Source: Paraspadella gotoi
Taxonomy: Eukaryota; Animalia; Chaetognatha
Direction of reading: 5' to 3'
Length of the DNA: 64,000 nt
Assembly: GCA_051294375.1 (NCBI GenBank)
Contig: CM119266.1
Location: 24,044,411 to 24,108,410 of the forward strand
A model generated the notes under the pieces. It was not told the origin of the DNA, made no database searches, and was given only the letters and a program-made list of their open reading frames with translations. Of this stretch, positions 13,125 to 24,673 are shown piece by piece; position 1 is the first letter of the stretch; every line of letters starts with the position of its first letter. Made by a program: the position numbers and the translations under genes.

Positions 13125-13499
13125 AGAGAAGAGAGAGAGGAGAGAGACACTCCGGTTATGGAACCGATTGTCTCGCCCCGAGAAAAATATGGGCGTGGAT
13201 AAAACTATTAAATCCTTCCCTCTCGTCATCCTCCTCGTTCTTCTTCCTTTCCTCCCTCTCCTTCCTTTCTTCCCTCTCCTTCCTCCCTTTTCTTTCCTCA
13301 TCTTTCTATTTCCTCCCTTTTCCCTCCCCCCGAGGACTGGGGGAAAAAATCGTTTGTAGCTCGGCCTACGTGTCGTCGACAAAACGCTTTGTCCTTTTTT
13401 CCCTGTTCTATTATCTCGCTTTCTGGTTTAATTGTTGTAAACGATATAAAATGACGCTTAGGGGTAGTCGTTTCACTAAGTCCTCCGCCCCATCTCCTC

Positions 13500-13580
<81 letters not shown>

Positions 13581-15324
13581 GCGCCCGTCTACAAACGTGA
13601 ATAAGTCAGCCTGCCTGAAAAACGAAGTAGTTTTCTGCCCCACATCCTCTCGGCTTTGGCCCTCCGCCGTCATTCGTCAGGACGAAAAATGATCCGAGGA
13701 CGCTGGCCGACGCAGGCCGACGGAGGCCGACGCCGCTCGACGCCACCCGACGACGCCGTCGAATCATTTCCGGCGTCATCGTCCCCGGCGCCATCGCCAT
13801 TCCTCTCTCTCGCTCTCCCGTCCGCTAATGGTGGCGAGAGATGGAATGGCCCGTCGCGCGTCCCTCCATCTCTCTCTCTCTCTTTTTCTCTTTCTCTCTA
13901 TTTTTTTCACTCTCCCTCGCTCTCTCACTCGCCGCCTCTTATTACGTCGAGAGGCGGCGCTGTATTTAACTCGAAAAGACCGCTAATTGGTTTCCCACGA
14001 TTAAGCGCCGGTCCCCTTGAGAGAGATGGCGGTTATACACGGTGACCATCTAAGAACGGGAGCGAAAAACAGCGAGATTTCGATGCAGCGCTGCCAGGGT
14101 CAAAGTTGAGAATTTTAGAATTATATTATGTATGTACGTACTATATATATATATATCACTATCTTATCGAAAGTTTTAGATTAGACTGTGCTATTAACTA
14201 AATTTAAAGGAATTAAAAACGATTATACGTATATACATCGTCATATAGTTATGATTTAATAACTATACTGAAAAATAATTAAATATTTAATTTGATTTGG
14301 CAGAAGTATGCATTTAAATAACTCTCAAAGAACTGTTTTATGAGACCACAATGTAATATGAACGGACAGATGAATTTTTTTTTTCTTTCGCGCTCTCTCT
14401 CTCTGTTGATGGAGCGCGCGTGTATTTCGACTCGAGTTCATGTATAATTTATACGCGATTTTATCACTCCTTCCATTATGCTAAAAAATTTCAGGCGGAT
14501 GAGAGAGAGAGACAGGGAGAGAGGAAGGAAGAGACAGAGACAAAGAAAGAGAGAGAGAGAACAGAGAGACAGAGACAGAGAGTGAGAGACAGAGAGTTCT
14601 GATTTGTTCGACGGTCGCGGTCCCCAAGAGGAATACCGCTGTCGCGATCTTTAGCTAGACATCAGACGTTTTGAATTAGTCCACTGAGGAATCAGAACAA
14701 TTCATCACAATTCGACCCAAATCTAAAATGATAAAAATAACAAGACTTAGGTTTTATATAGATTTTACGATTTTCCTCATGCTTACTTTATCCGGAATTC
14801 ACATCATACAGTTACAATACGACCAATAGTATTACTTTTTTGGATATATTTCGTCTAGTGATACAATAAGATCAAAACGTTCACAGAACCAACGCAACTT
14901 TATTCAAGTTACTGTATAATATTTGTAGCAACCAGAGGTATTGCTAGTAGTGACTACAAATTACGCATTACTCGAAATTTTTTTGCTCAAAACTACTAAA
15001 ATGAAAAATGACAGCAATAAAATTTTCTCTGTTGCCGAAAAAACAGATTTTTTTTCCGCTTCAATCGGATTCAATCAGTTTTATCCTGAATTCATTCTTT
15101 TCATTGAATTATGACCTCAAGATTTGACGATCTCGCTCAACGCTCACCTTTCCCGCGATGACCCTGACCCCGGGTCGGTCTTTCCCTTCGGGTGAGTCTC
15201 CTTTGCCCGGAAAGAGTCGATTCCATCCCTAAACTCACCCCTTCCGACCCAAACCTCACCCCCGTCGAAGGCAGATGCTAAAAAACGGGGAATTGCGGCA
15301 TCAAGTTGGAAAGAGTATCCGGCA

Positions 15325-15403
15325 ATGGAACCGGGGAAAATGGATCCGGCGATGGATCCGCCGATGGATCCGGAAATGGATCCGGAAATGGATCCGGAAA
15401 TGG
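15325..15403. repeat. 12-bp tandem repeat ATGGATCCGGAA (5 near-full units plus degenerate units)
   Basis: atggatccggcg, atggatccgccg, atggatccggaa x3, preceded by atggaaccggggaaa. Confidence 0.85.
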
Positions 15404-15744
15404 TCTATGAAACGAGTCTGGCTGATCGCTCGAAAGGAAAAATGGCTTCTCCTTCGTCGCCGCCGTCGTCGTCGTCGACCGCTGCGTCGCCGCGTCGTTT
15501 CCGGGGCGGCGCCGCCGCGCCCGTTTCAAAGCCGCCGCTGAACGACGCCGGGCGAACCCGAGAGCAGCTGCGTCGCCGTCGTCGGCGCCGGTCGTCGTTC
15601 CGGCGCCTTAACGAGCGCCGCTAGCTCGTTTTTCCAGTGACGTAACGACGCCGTCACGCCATTTCCGGGAAATTCGAAATTTTCCCTCATCCCGAGGAAG
15701 CGCTCTCTCTCTCTCTCTCTCTCTCTCCGTGCCTTTTTTAATTT

Positions 15745-16077
15745 CGTCTCCCTTGATCGTCGTCGTCGTCCAAATATTTAGGCGGGATAAGGTGATGGGC
15801 GTGCCGACGCTTGTAATTACGCTATCCCACGAAAAAAATAATGGAGTCCGATTCGTTTCCTATTTTCTCATTTTTTTTTCGGCGCCGATAACGCGACTGT
15901 TTTGTCGTCGCGGCGGGATGAGTCGTTGGTCGTCGTTATCGTCGTCGTTGTTATTGTTCGTCGTCATTCGTTGTCGTTATCGTCGTCCGCGCGGTTACGA
16001 ACTCGCCGGAGCCGCCGGAAACGTCGTGTCATTCGGCGACAAAAGTCGTTACGGTTTCCCTAATGTTCTTTTTTTTC

Positions 16078-16110
<33 letters not shown>

Positions 16111-17649
16111 AAGTCGTTTCTCGATCGTCCACCATCGTTTTTCGTCGGCCAATCGCGTCGTCGTCCTTCGTCGCCGTCGTTTAATAGAGTTTTTACGAGG
16201 TTCTGGCGATGACGATGACGGCGCAATGACGAAAGGGAGTTATGGTCGTTAAGAGAGGAAGAAAGCTTCGCTCCAACAGATGCCACCATTTCAACTTTTA
16301 ATTCCTCTCAGTTTCTCCTTTTTTTTTTTAAACGTCTTCTTTTCCCTTTTCTATTTGCCTTTCTTTTCCCATTTTCTTCTTTCGTCTCTATTTCCACTTC
16401 TTCGTCGTCTTTTCCTTCGCCTTTTCTTCCGTCGCTTTTCTTCTTTTTCTTCGTCCTCTTTTCACATTTCGTGCGTCCTTTTTCTTCGTCCTTTTTCTTC
16501 GTCTTTTCTTCTTTTCTTACGTCCTCTTTTTCACTTCTTCGTTCGTCTTTTTCCTTCGTCGCTTTTCTTCGTCCTTTTCTTCTTTTTCTTCGTCTCTTTT
16601 CACTTCTTCGTCGTCTTTCTTCGTCTTTTCTTCTCCTTTAGTTCTTCTTTTCTTCGTCCTCTTTTCAACTTCTTGTCGTCTTTTTTCTTCGTCCTTTATT
16701 TTCTTCGTCCTTTTCTTCTTTTCTTCGTCTTCTTTCACTTCTTCGTCGTCTATTCTTCGTCTGATTTCTTCGTCCTTTTCTTCTTTTCTTTCGTCCTCGC
16801 TTTCACTTCTTCGTTCGTCTTTTCTTCGTCCTTTCCTTCGTCCTTTTCCTTTCTTTTTCTTCGTCCTCTTTCAATCACTCTTCGTCGTCTTTTCTTCGTC
16901 CTTTTTCTTCGTCCGTTTTCTCTTTTCTTCGTCCTCTTTTCACTTCTTCGTACAGTCTTTCCCTTCAGTCCTTTTCTTCGTCCTTGTTTCTTTCCTTTTT
17001 TTTTTTTCCTTCCCCCCCTTCGTCCTCTTTTCACTTCTTCGTCGTCTTTTCTTCGTCCATTTCTTCGTCCTTTTTCTTCTTTTTCTTCGTCCTCTTCACT
17101 TCTCTCTTCGTCGTCTTTTTTCCTTCGTCGCTTTTCTTCGTCCTTTTTTTTCTTTTTCTTCGTCCTCTTTTCACTTCTTCCGTCGTCTTTTCTTCGTCCT
17201 TTTCCTTCGTCCTTTATCTTCTTTTCTTCGTCCTCTTTTCCAACTTCTTCGTCGTCTTAATGAATCCGTCGGGTGAGAAAACAGCCTTTCCGGAGGATTN
17301 NNNNNNNNNNNNNNNNNNNNNNNNCGTCTCCCTGTCGTCGTCGTCGTCCAAAATATTTAGCGGGAAAGGTGATGGGCGTGGCCGACGCTTTATTACGACT
17401 CCCACGAAAAAAAATGGCGTCGATTCCGTTTCCTATTTTTCTCATTTTTTTTTCGGCGCCGATAACGCCGACTGTTTTGTCGTCGCGGCGGATTGAGTCG
17501 TGGTCGTCGTTATCGTCGTCGTTGTTATTGTCGTCGTCTTCGTTGTCGTTATCGTCGTCGCCGCGGTTACGAACTCGCCGGAGCCGCCGGAAACGTCGTG
17601 TCATTCGGCGACAAAAGTCGTTACGGTTTCCCTAATGTTCTTTTTTTTC

Positions 17650-17682
<33 letters not shown>

Positions 17683-17978
17683 AAGTCGTTTTCTCGATCG
17701 TCACCATCGTTTTTCGTCGCCATCGTCGTCGTCGTCTTCGTCGCCGTCGTTTAAGAGTTTTACGAGGTTCTGGCGATGACGTCGACGGCCAATGACGAAG
17801 GGAGTTATGGTCGTTAAGAGGGAAAAAGCTTCGCTCCAACAGATGCCACCATTTCACTTTTAATCCTCCAGTTTCTCCTTTTTTTTTTAACTCTTTCTTT
17901 TTCCCTTTTCTTTTCCTTTCTTTTCCCATTTTCCTTCTTTCGTCCTCTTTTCACTTCTTCGTCGTCTTTTCTTCGTCC
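15745..17978. repeat. Direct duplication of about 0.6 kb (about 15745-16390 vs 17325-17978) across a 25-N gap, enclosing a CTT/CGT low-complexity array (about 16330-17258)
   Basis: Both copies contain cgtcgtccaaatatttag..gaactcgccggagccgccggaaacgtcgtgtcattcggcgacaaaagtcg..agatgccaccatttca and differ mainly by indels. Confidence 0.85.
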
Positions 17979-18756
17979 NNNNNNNNNNNNNNNNNNNNNN
18001 NNNNNNNNNNNNNNNNNNNNNNNNNNNNNNNNNNNNNNNNNNNNNNNNNNNNNNNNNNNNNNNNNNNNNNNNNNNNNNNNNNNNNNNNNNNNNNNNNNNN
18101 NNNNNNNNNNNNNNNNNNNNNNNNNNNNNNNNNNNNNNNNNNNNNNNNNNNNNNNNNNNNNNNNNNNNNNNNNNNNNNNNNNNNNNNNNNNNNNNNNNNN
18201 NNNNNNNNNNNNNNNNNNNNNNNNNNNNNNNNNNNNNNNNNNNNNNNNNNNNNNNNNNNNNNNNNNNNNNNNNNNNNNNNNNNNNNNNNNNNNNNNNNNN
18301 NNNNNNNNNNNNNNNNNNNNNNNNNNNNNNNNNNNNNNNNNNNNNNNNNNNNNNNNNNNNNNNNNNNNNNNNNNNNNNNNNNNNNNNNNNNNNNNNNNNN
18401 NNNNNNNNNNNNNNNNNNNNNNNNNNNNNNNNNNNNNNNNNNNNNNNNNNNNNNNNNNNNNNNNNNNNNNNNNNNNNNNNNNNNNNNNNNNNNNNNNNNN
18501 NNNNNNNNNNNNNNNNNNNNNNNNNNNNNNNNNNNNNNNNNNNNNNNNNNNNNNNNNNNNNNNNNNNNNNNNNNNNNNNNNNNNNNNNNNNNNNNNNNNN
18601 NNNNNNNNNNNNNNNNNNNNNNNNNNNNNNNNNNNNNNNNNNNNNNNNNNNNNNNNNNNNNNNNNNNNNNNNNNNNNNNNNNNNNNNNNNNNNNNNNNNN
18701 NNNNNNNNNNNNNNNNNNNNNNNNNNNNNNNNNNNNNNNNNNNNNNNNNNNNNNNN

Positions 18757-19129
18757 TATCTTTTTGGTCACTAAATTAACTATTAAAAATACGTATTACT
18801 ATCAATGAAGCATAAAAACTAAACTTAAATCATTTTAACTAAGCCATTTAAATCAAGAGGTCCAGAGCGCGATTTACTTTGAAAACCAATGCCACTCTCT
18901 CCACATTCCAAAAACCCTCTGAACGGTTTTCCCTTTGGAGTTTCTTGCTAATTACTTTTCTTAAGGGCCTCTGAGTTAACAATTTTCCCTCCAAAAGAGG
19001 TCCGGGTCTTGTTTAAATATTTTTTGTCTAATTTTCTCTGTATGCTAAGAAAAAACACGTTCAGACCTTTAAAAAATATTGAAAATAAACAAATCGGCGT
19101 TTTACTTTTGGCCCAATTTGTACGTTAGC

Positions 19130-19212
<83 letters not shown>

Positions 19213-19844
19213 TCTATAAAAAAATACCACAGCTTTATGAGCCAGCTTTTTAGAGTAAAAAGCTTAGATTTTTTTTCAAATCTCTCTCTCTGTCTCTCTC
19301 TCTGTCTCTCTCATTTTCTCTCTCTCACAAAGTGAAATGTTTCGTTAAATTGAATTCCTTTTTGTCTCTTCTCATCCTCGCATTCTCAGTTGTCGTTGTT
19401 GTNNNNNNNNNNNNNNNNNNNNNNNNNGGACTTTAGTGAGAAAGTTTTTGTTATTGGTCGATTATAGTACTACTGTATTACATGGACGGCTGAAAATTCT
19501 GTTGAAAATCAAAGATGATTTTAAAGAAGATTAAAAATTGTTTCAAAAACTTTTGAAACATTTTTTTAAAAAAGTTGTTGATTTGATGTAAACCTTAGAC
19601 GATTAGACAACGATGATTTAAAGAGAAAAACGGACACAACGACAATGAGAATGCGAGGATGAGAAGAGACAAAAAGGAATTCACTTTAACGAAAACATTT
19701 CACTTTGTGAGAGAGAGAAAATGAGAGCAGACAAGAGGGAGAGACAGAGAGAGAGATTTTGAAAAAAAATCATAAAGCTTTTTACTCTAAAAAGCTGGCT
19801 CATAAAGCTTGCGTATTTTTTATAGAAATATAATTAATAATAAT

Positions 19845-19882
<38 letters not shown>

Positions 19883-20298
19883 TAATAATAATAATAATAA
19901 TATAATAATTATAATAATACGCTAACGTACAAATTGGGCCAAAGTAAAACGCCGATTGTTTATTTTCAATATTTTTAAGGTCTGAAACGTGGTTTTTCCT
20001 TAGACATACAGAGAAAATTAGACAAAAAATGATCTTAAACAAGACCTGCCTCTTTTGGAGGGAAAATTGTTAACTCATGGAGGCCCTTAAGAAAGTAATT
20101 TAGCAGAAATCCAAAGGGAAAAACCGTTTCAGAGGTTTTTGGAAATTGTGGACGAGAGTGGCATTGCGTTTCAAAGTAAAATGTCGCGGCTCTGGACTCT
20201 TGATTTAAATGGCTTAGTTAAAAATGATTTAAGTTTTAGTTTTTATGCTTCTTGATAGTAATACGTATTCTTTAATAGTTAATTAGTGACCAAAAAGT
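18757..20298. repeat. Inverted duplication of about 650 bp (18757-19402 vs 19634-20298) around a 25-N gap, including a (TTA)n/(TAA)n tract
   Basis: The arms are reverse complements, e.g. tttggtcactaaattaactatt vs aatagttaattagtgaccaaaa and ctcatcctcgcattctca vs tgagaatgcgaggatgag. Confidence 0.85.
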
Positions 20299-21830
20299 AA
20301 GGATACTTCTATATTCCTATCAACGGTTATTAATTTGGGTGGGACTAACATAAAATAAAACTGAATGTATTGAGAGAGAGAGAACAGAGAGAGAGGAAAG
20401 ACGAGAAGAAAGGAGAAGAGAGAGGATAGTGATGGTATTACATAATTGTATTAATTAATTTTTGGATGCCATGGATAAAAAGGAGGAGGAGGATGAGAGA
20501 GACGAGGAGACGCAGGAGAGACGAGACGGAATGGATGGCGACGACGACAATGGATAGTCGACAGAAGCGCATTAAGAATTGAGGGAACTGAACGTTGATT
20601 GGTGGATTTGGATTGAAGTAGGATAGTGAAAGTAATTGATAAGATGAAAGTTGATGATGATAATTATGTAGATTATATTGACCGAATAATTAATTATTTG
20701 ACCAATTGAATTTAATTAACAGATTAATTTTTGATATTAATAATTTGATTATACAGATATAGGATAGACAGAACGATGGAGGCGAAACGGACATCGTTTT
20801 TTTGGCATGTACATCTCCTTACTTTTCCTACAAGCATTGGGTGGGACCGACGGACCCGAAAGGTGAATTATAGAGCAGCGATCTCGCTGTAAGCAGAGTG
20901 CTGGCTAAAAAACGGTATTGACGCTAGTTAACGACCGCCAACAGATAGGAACGTGCTATGGGCGTCAGTGATTGGAGCCAAGGCCGTGGCCGTCGAAGTA
21001 AAGAGCATCGATCCCCGTGGTCGATTTGTTATTTTTCAAAAAATGAAAGGATTTTCTTTTTGTTCTTTTTTTTAGTAGAATTGATTTTATGAGCGCTCTG
21101 GCGAAAACGTCTTTCATTGTGGCGTCGTAAGACCCTCGCCGCGAGCGTTTTATGTCGATGACGCTGTGTCCTTTATTTAAGGAAGAACGGTCAGGAGGGC
21201 TAAGATTTCTTCTGGTTTTTAAATTCATAAAGTGAAGGATGGGCGCATTCCAATTTGTTAGCTTTTTAAATTGTAGGCTCAAAACAATTCTCTTTTCTAT
21301 TGCATTTTCTCTAGGATTTAAAAAAAAGAGTTTATTATTTAGGATCGAAATATTAAAAGAAATGTTAATCTTGTTCGAGGCATTATGGAATTAGGGCTTT
21401 TGTGTTTGTATTTAGGGTTTTGTTTTTTAGTACATTTGATTCTTTATTATTAGCTGCTGAATTTCCGACTCGAGGTTTAATGGAGTTTATTATTACCGCG
21501 GCGAACCACAGCGTATAAGCACTAGACGTACTCTTGTATAAATTGCACCTTTCTTTTAATATCGCGCAAATAGAATATATAACACTTTGTGGCGGTTATA
21601 TTCAACGCAGAGCTCAGACATGGCATTCGGTTTTTTCCCACATGTCCAACTGAGTCCATCCTTTCACCGTGATTCGCAGTGTCTTCTTTTCTGCCGAACT
21701 TCCCTTACCTCTCACCCTTGCAATTCTTTTAATTACGCCCGTGGGCATCCCAAATCGAGGTCGGAGGCTGCGTTAAAAGCCGAGAGAGAGAAGAGAGAGA
21801 GAAGAGAGAGAAGAGAGAAGAGAGAGAGAG

Positions 21831-21863
<33 letters not shown>

Positions 21864-22578
21864 AAGTGAGAGAAAGATAATAAAGCGCCGGAAAGCCCAT
21901 GATATAACGTGGTCCAATTCCATTTTATTGGCTCTCTCACTGTTAAGACTGCGATATCAGGTATACATTTGCCATTTTCCTACGAAGATAGACAATCGTA
22001 TAAAAAAGAGGTTACATACAAAAGTAAAATATGTATATATTGTTATGTTATATCCGATACCAAATTCCGAGACCAGGGTGTAACCTTTTGGCGGAGTCGA
22101 ATTCGGTTATGGCGGCGTCAATGGCGGCGCCAACGTCACCGATGCAACTTTCGGTGGAGGCGAATGAACGAATGACGAATGACGATTGCGCACTGTTCCG
22201 ATCGTTAGAGGAACCATTGCTCTTCATCAGACTTACTATTCAAATCGAGATTAAGACGTTTCCCGAGGAATTTTTTTTGTTTTTCGATTTATCGTTCCAA
22301 GTTAAAAAAAATATATTTTATATGTGTAATGTATATTTTAAAGCTAAAATAAATTAAAAGGCTGACGAATTTGATTTTTCATCATTTTAACTCTTATCAA
22401 AAGGTGTCTGGAATAGAGAAAACTTTTTGGAAATTCGAATTCGTTCTCATATTTCAACCTTTCATTCATAGTCAACTGCGTTGATATGTCTAGTGGCATT
22501 TTGCATTGCAGAGTTAACCTCTCTCTCCTTCTCTCTCTCTCCTCTCTCTCCTCTCCTCTCTCTCTCGTCGCTCTCGTG

Positions 22579-22614
<36 letters not shown>

Positions 22615-23099
22615 GAATTTATGCCGTCGCCGGCGGACCCGGCGAAAGAGAAGAAATCCGCTGAGTTGGCAACCGAAGGAAGAAGCGAATCCAAAGCGAC
22701 GAAGAAATTAAAATAGAAAAGAAGAAAGAAGGAGACAAGAAAATTAAAGAGAAAGAGAGATGAAGGGGGATGAAAGAGAAAGAAAAGATGGAGTCGGAGA
22801 AAGTTAAGCGAGAATCTCAATAGAATAATAGTTTCTTATTACCTTAGATACAACTTAATTATTATTAAATATCGTTCTCCAGTTTGCCCTTTAGGTACAT
22901 ATTTGGACTTTCGTGTTTCGAATCTCCATAAACTCTGAAAATTAATCTAAAAGTTTTTAGTTAATTCGGTTTTATCTTTTCGCAATTTAAGGATCCAAAA
23001 TTTCTTTTCGCGGCTCCTACACTCGGCACACCGACCTTCATACAAGATATGTACGTTTTTAAAGATTTTAGTTTTTAAATAAGAAGGGGCACATTTATA

Positions 23100-23384
23100 A
23101 AATTGGTACAACAAATATAAAAATTATCCATTCATTTAATAAATAAACTATCTTGCCCCTGACTTTGGCTTTGGTGGTTTAAGACCTCCATCACTCTTGC
23201 AAGATAATCACATAGCAGACACATTCCATAGTACCTGGCTTTCCTATCAATGAAAAGACCACTCCCTTAAGTATAAGATCGGGGAATACTACATTGTACT
23301 CCGCCCAGCATCAAAATACAAAGAGCTGAATTTTATGAAATTGGTACAACCAATATAAAAATTATCCATTCATTTAATAAATAA
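23100..23384. repeat. 47-bp direct repeats flanking a CpG-poor segment of about 190 bp
   Basis: aaattggtacaac(a/c)aatataaaaattatccattcatttaataaataa at 23100-23146 and 23338-23384, one mismatch. Confidence 0.8.
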
Positions 23385-23625
23385 GCTATATAAATAAATA
23401 AGCTATATAATAATAAATAATCAGGCATTATGTAGATTTTTAAAAAGATGGCGTTTTCCAAATTTTTTTTTCCCATTTAAGTACTCTTTTGGATTTACTT
23501 AATCTTTTTAAATGGATTTATCAAAACGATAGTCGTTGGTTTAGTTGGTTTCGATTTGAAACGTTTATTCTCGTGATTATGTTGCTCACTTCACCAAATT
23601 AAGCCTGTAAAATCTTCATTCTTGA

Positions 23626-23707
23626 GCAGTTGTGGCCGAGTGGTTAAGGCGACTGACTAGAAATCAGTTACGGTCTCCGTGCACAGGTTCGAATCCTGTC
23701 AACTGCG
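23626..23707 (+). tRNA. tRNA-Ser (anticodon AGA)
   Basis: Acceptor stem GCAGTTG/CAACTGC, A box TGGCCGAGTGG, anticodon arm ACTGA-CTAGAAA-TCAGT, long variable arm ACGG-TCT-CCGT, T arm ACAGGTTCGAATCCTGT, discriminator G, TTTT just downstream; 82 nt. Confidence 0.97.
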
Positions 23708-23984
23708 CTAGTTTTCCTCCAGAATCCGATTAAATACATAAATACTAGGAATGCAGTTACGAGCTCTTTTAACAAAATATTATTATAAATATAAGGCAAA
23801 TGACAACGTCAAGATAATAACGTCGAGCTAATTAAACAATTTGTTTATATTTTTTTTTCAGAAAGTTAAAGCAAAATGGTATCGATTCTATTGGAAATTT
23901 AAAAAAAAAAACACTTTATTGAAGTTTTAATGTAACAGTTTAAACAAATTTGAACAAATTGAACATAAAATTCGCCGAAAAATT

Positions 23985-24057
23985 TGCCGAAACCCGGGAT
24001 TGAACCAGGGACCTTTAGATCTTCAGTCTAACGCTCTCCCAACTGAGCTATTTCGGC
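23985..24057 (-). tRNA. tRNA-Phe (anticodon GAA)
   Basis: Reverse complement GCCGAAATAGCTCAGTTGGGAGAGCGTTAGACTGAAGATCTAAAGGTCCCTGGTTCAATCCCGGGTTTCGGCA, a canonical animal tRNA-Phe of 73 nt. Confidence 0.98.
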
Positions 24058-24260
24058 ACCTAATCAACAGGGTTAGCCATATGTCTCAGACTCACAATTT
24101 TTTCTACGCACCTCTAATTCCTCATCAAACAAGGATTCGAATCCTGAGTTCGAATGCGAAAAAAATTTCATCAAATTTTTTTTCTTTTCGATTTTCCACA
24201 TGAAATCCGTTCAAGGATTTTTAATGGCCGTCCGCTTCTTTTTCCCCCGCATTCCGGGGA

Positions 24261-24293
<33 letters not shown>

Positions 24294-24605
24294 TGAGGAT
24301 GATGATGAAGATTGATGATCAAGATTACACATAAATCACCACGAGAAGAATGATGGTGATTCTTCCTTTGCTCCACAGATGAGGAAGTGTGCGAAAATCT
24401 TCCCAGTTTTTTTTTTTTATTCAGTATTTCTTGAATCTCATTAAAGCTACTTAATGTTTTAATTCCTCCTTACCCTCTCAACCTTTCGGGTAAGTCAGAA
24501 GATATATAACGTTCTTTGGATCGTTCCTCGCTTTCAAGAAAAATCTCTGATGGACGAATAACGCATTAAAAAAAAGAAAGAGAATTATCTCCACCAAATC
24601 TCAAA

Positions 24606-24673
<68 letters not shown>

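Noticed and set aside
16280-17260. 326-aa F/S/L-rich ORF and its K/R/E-rich antisense ORFs
   Set aside because: Stop-free translation of a CTT/CGT low-complexity array.
17887-18771. Long ORFs containing X runs (also several at 49-54 kb)
   Set aside because: They only span N gaps.
20915-20998. FkbM methyltransferase-like ANIG..AVAVE on +
   Set aside because: Requires several assumed frameshifts and has no supporting downstream exons.
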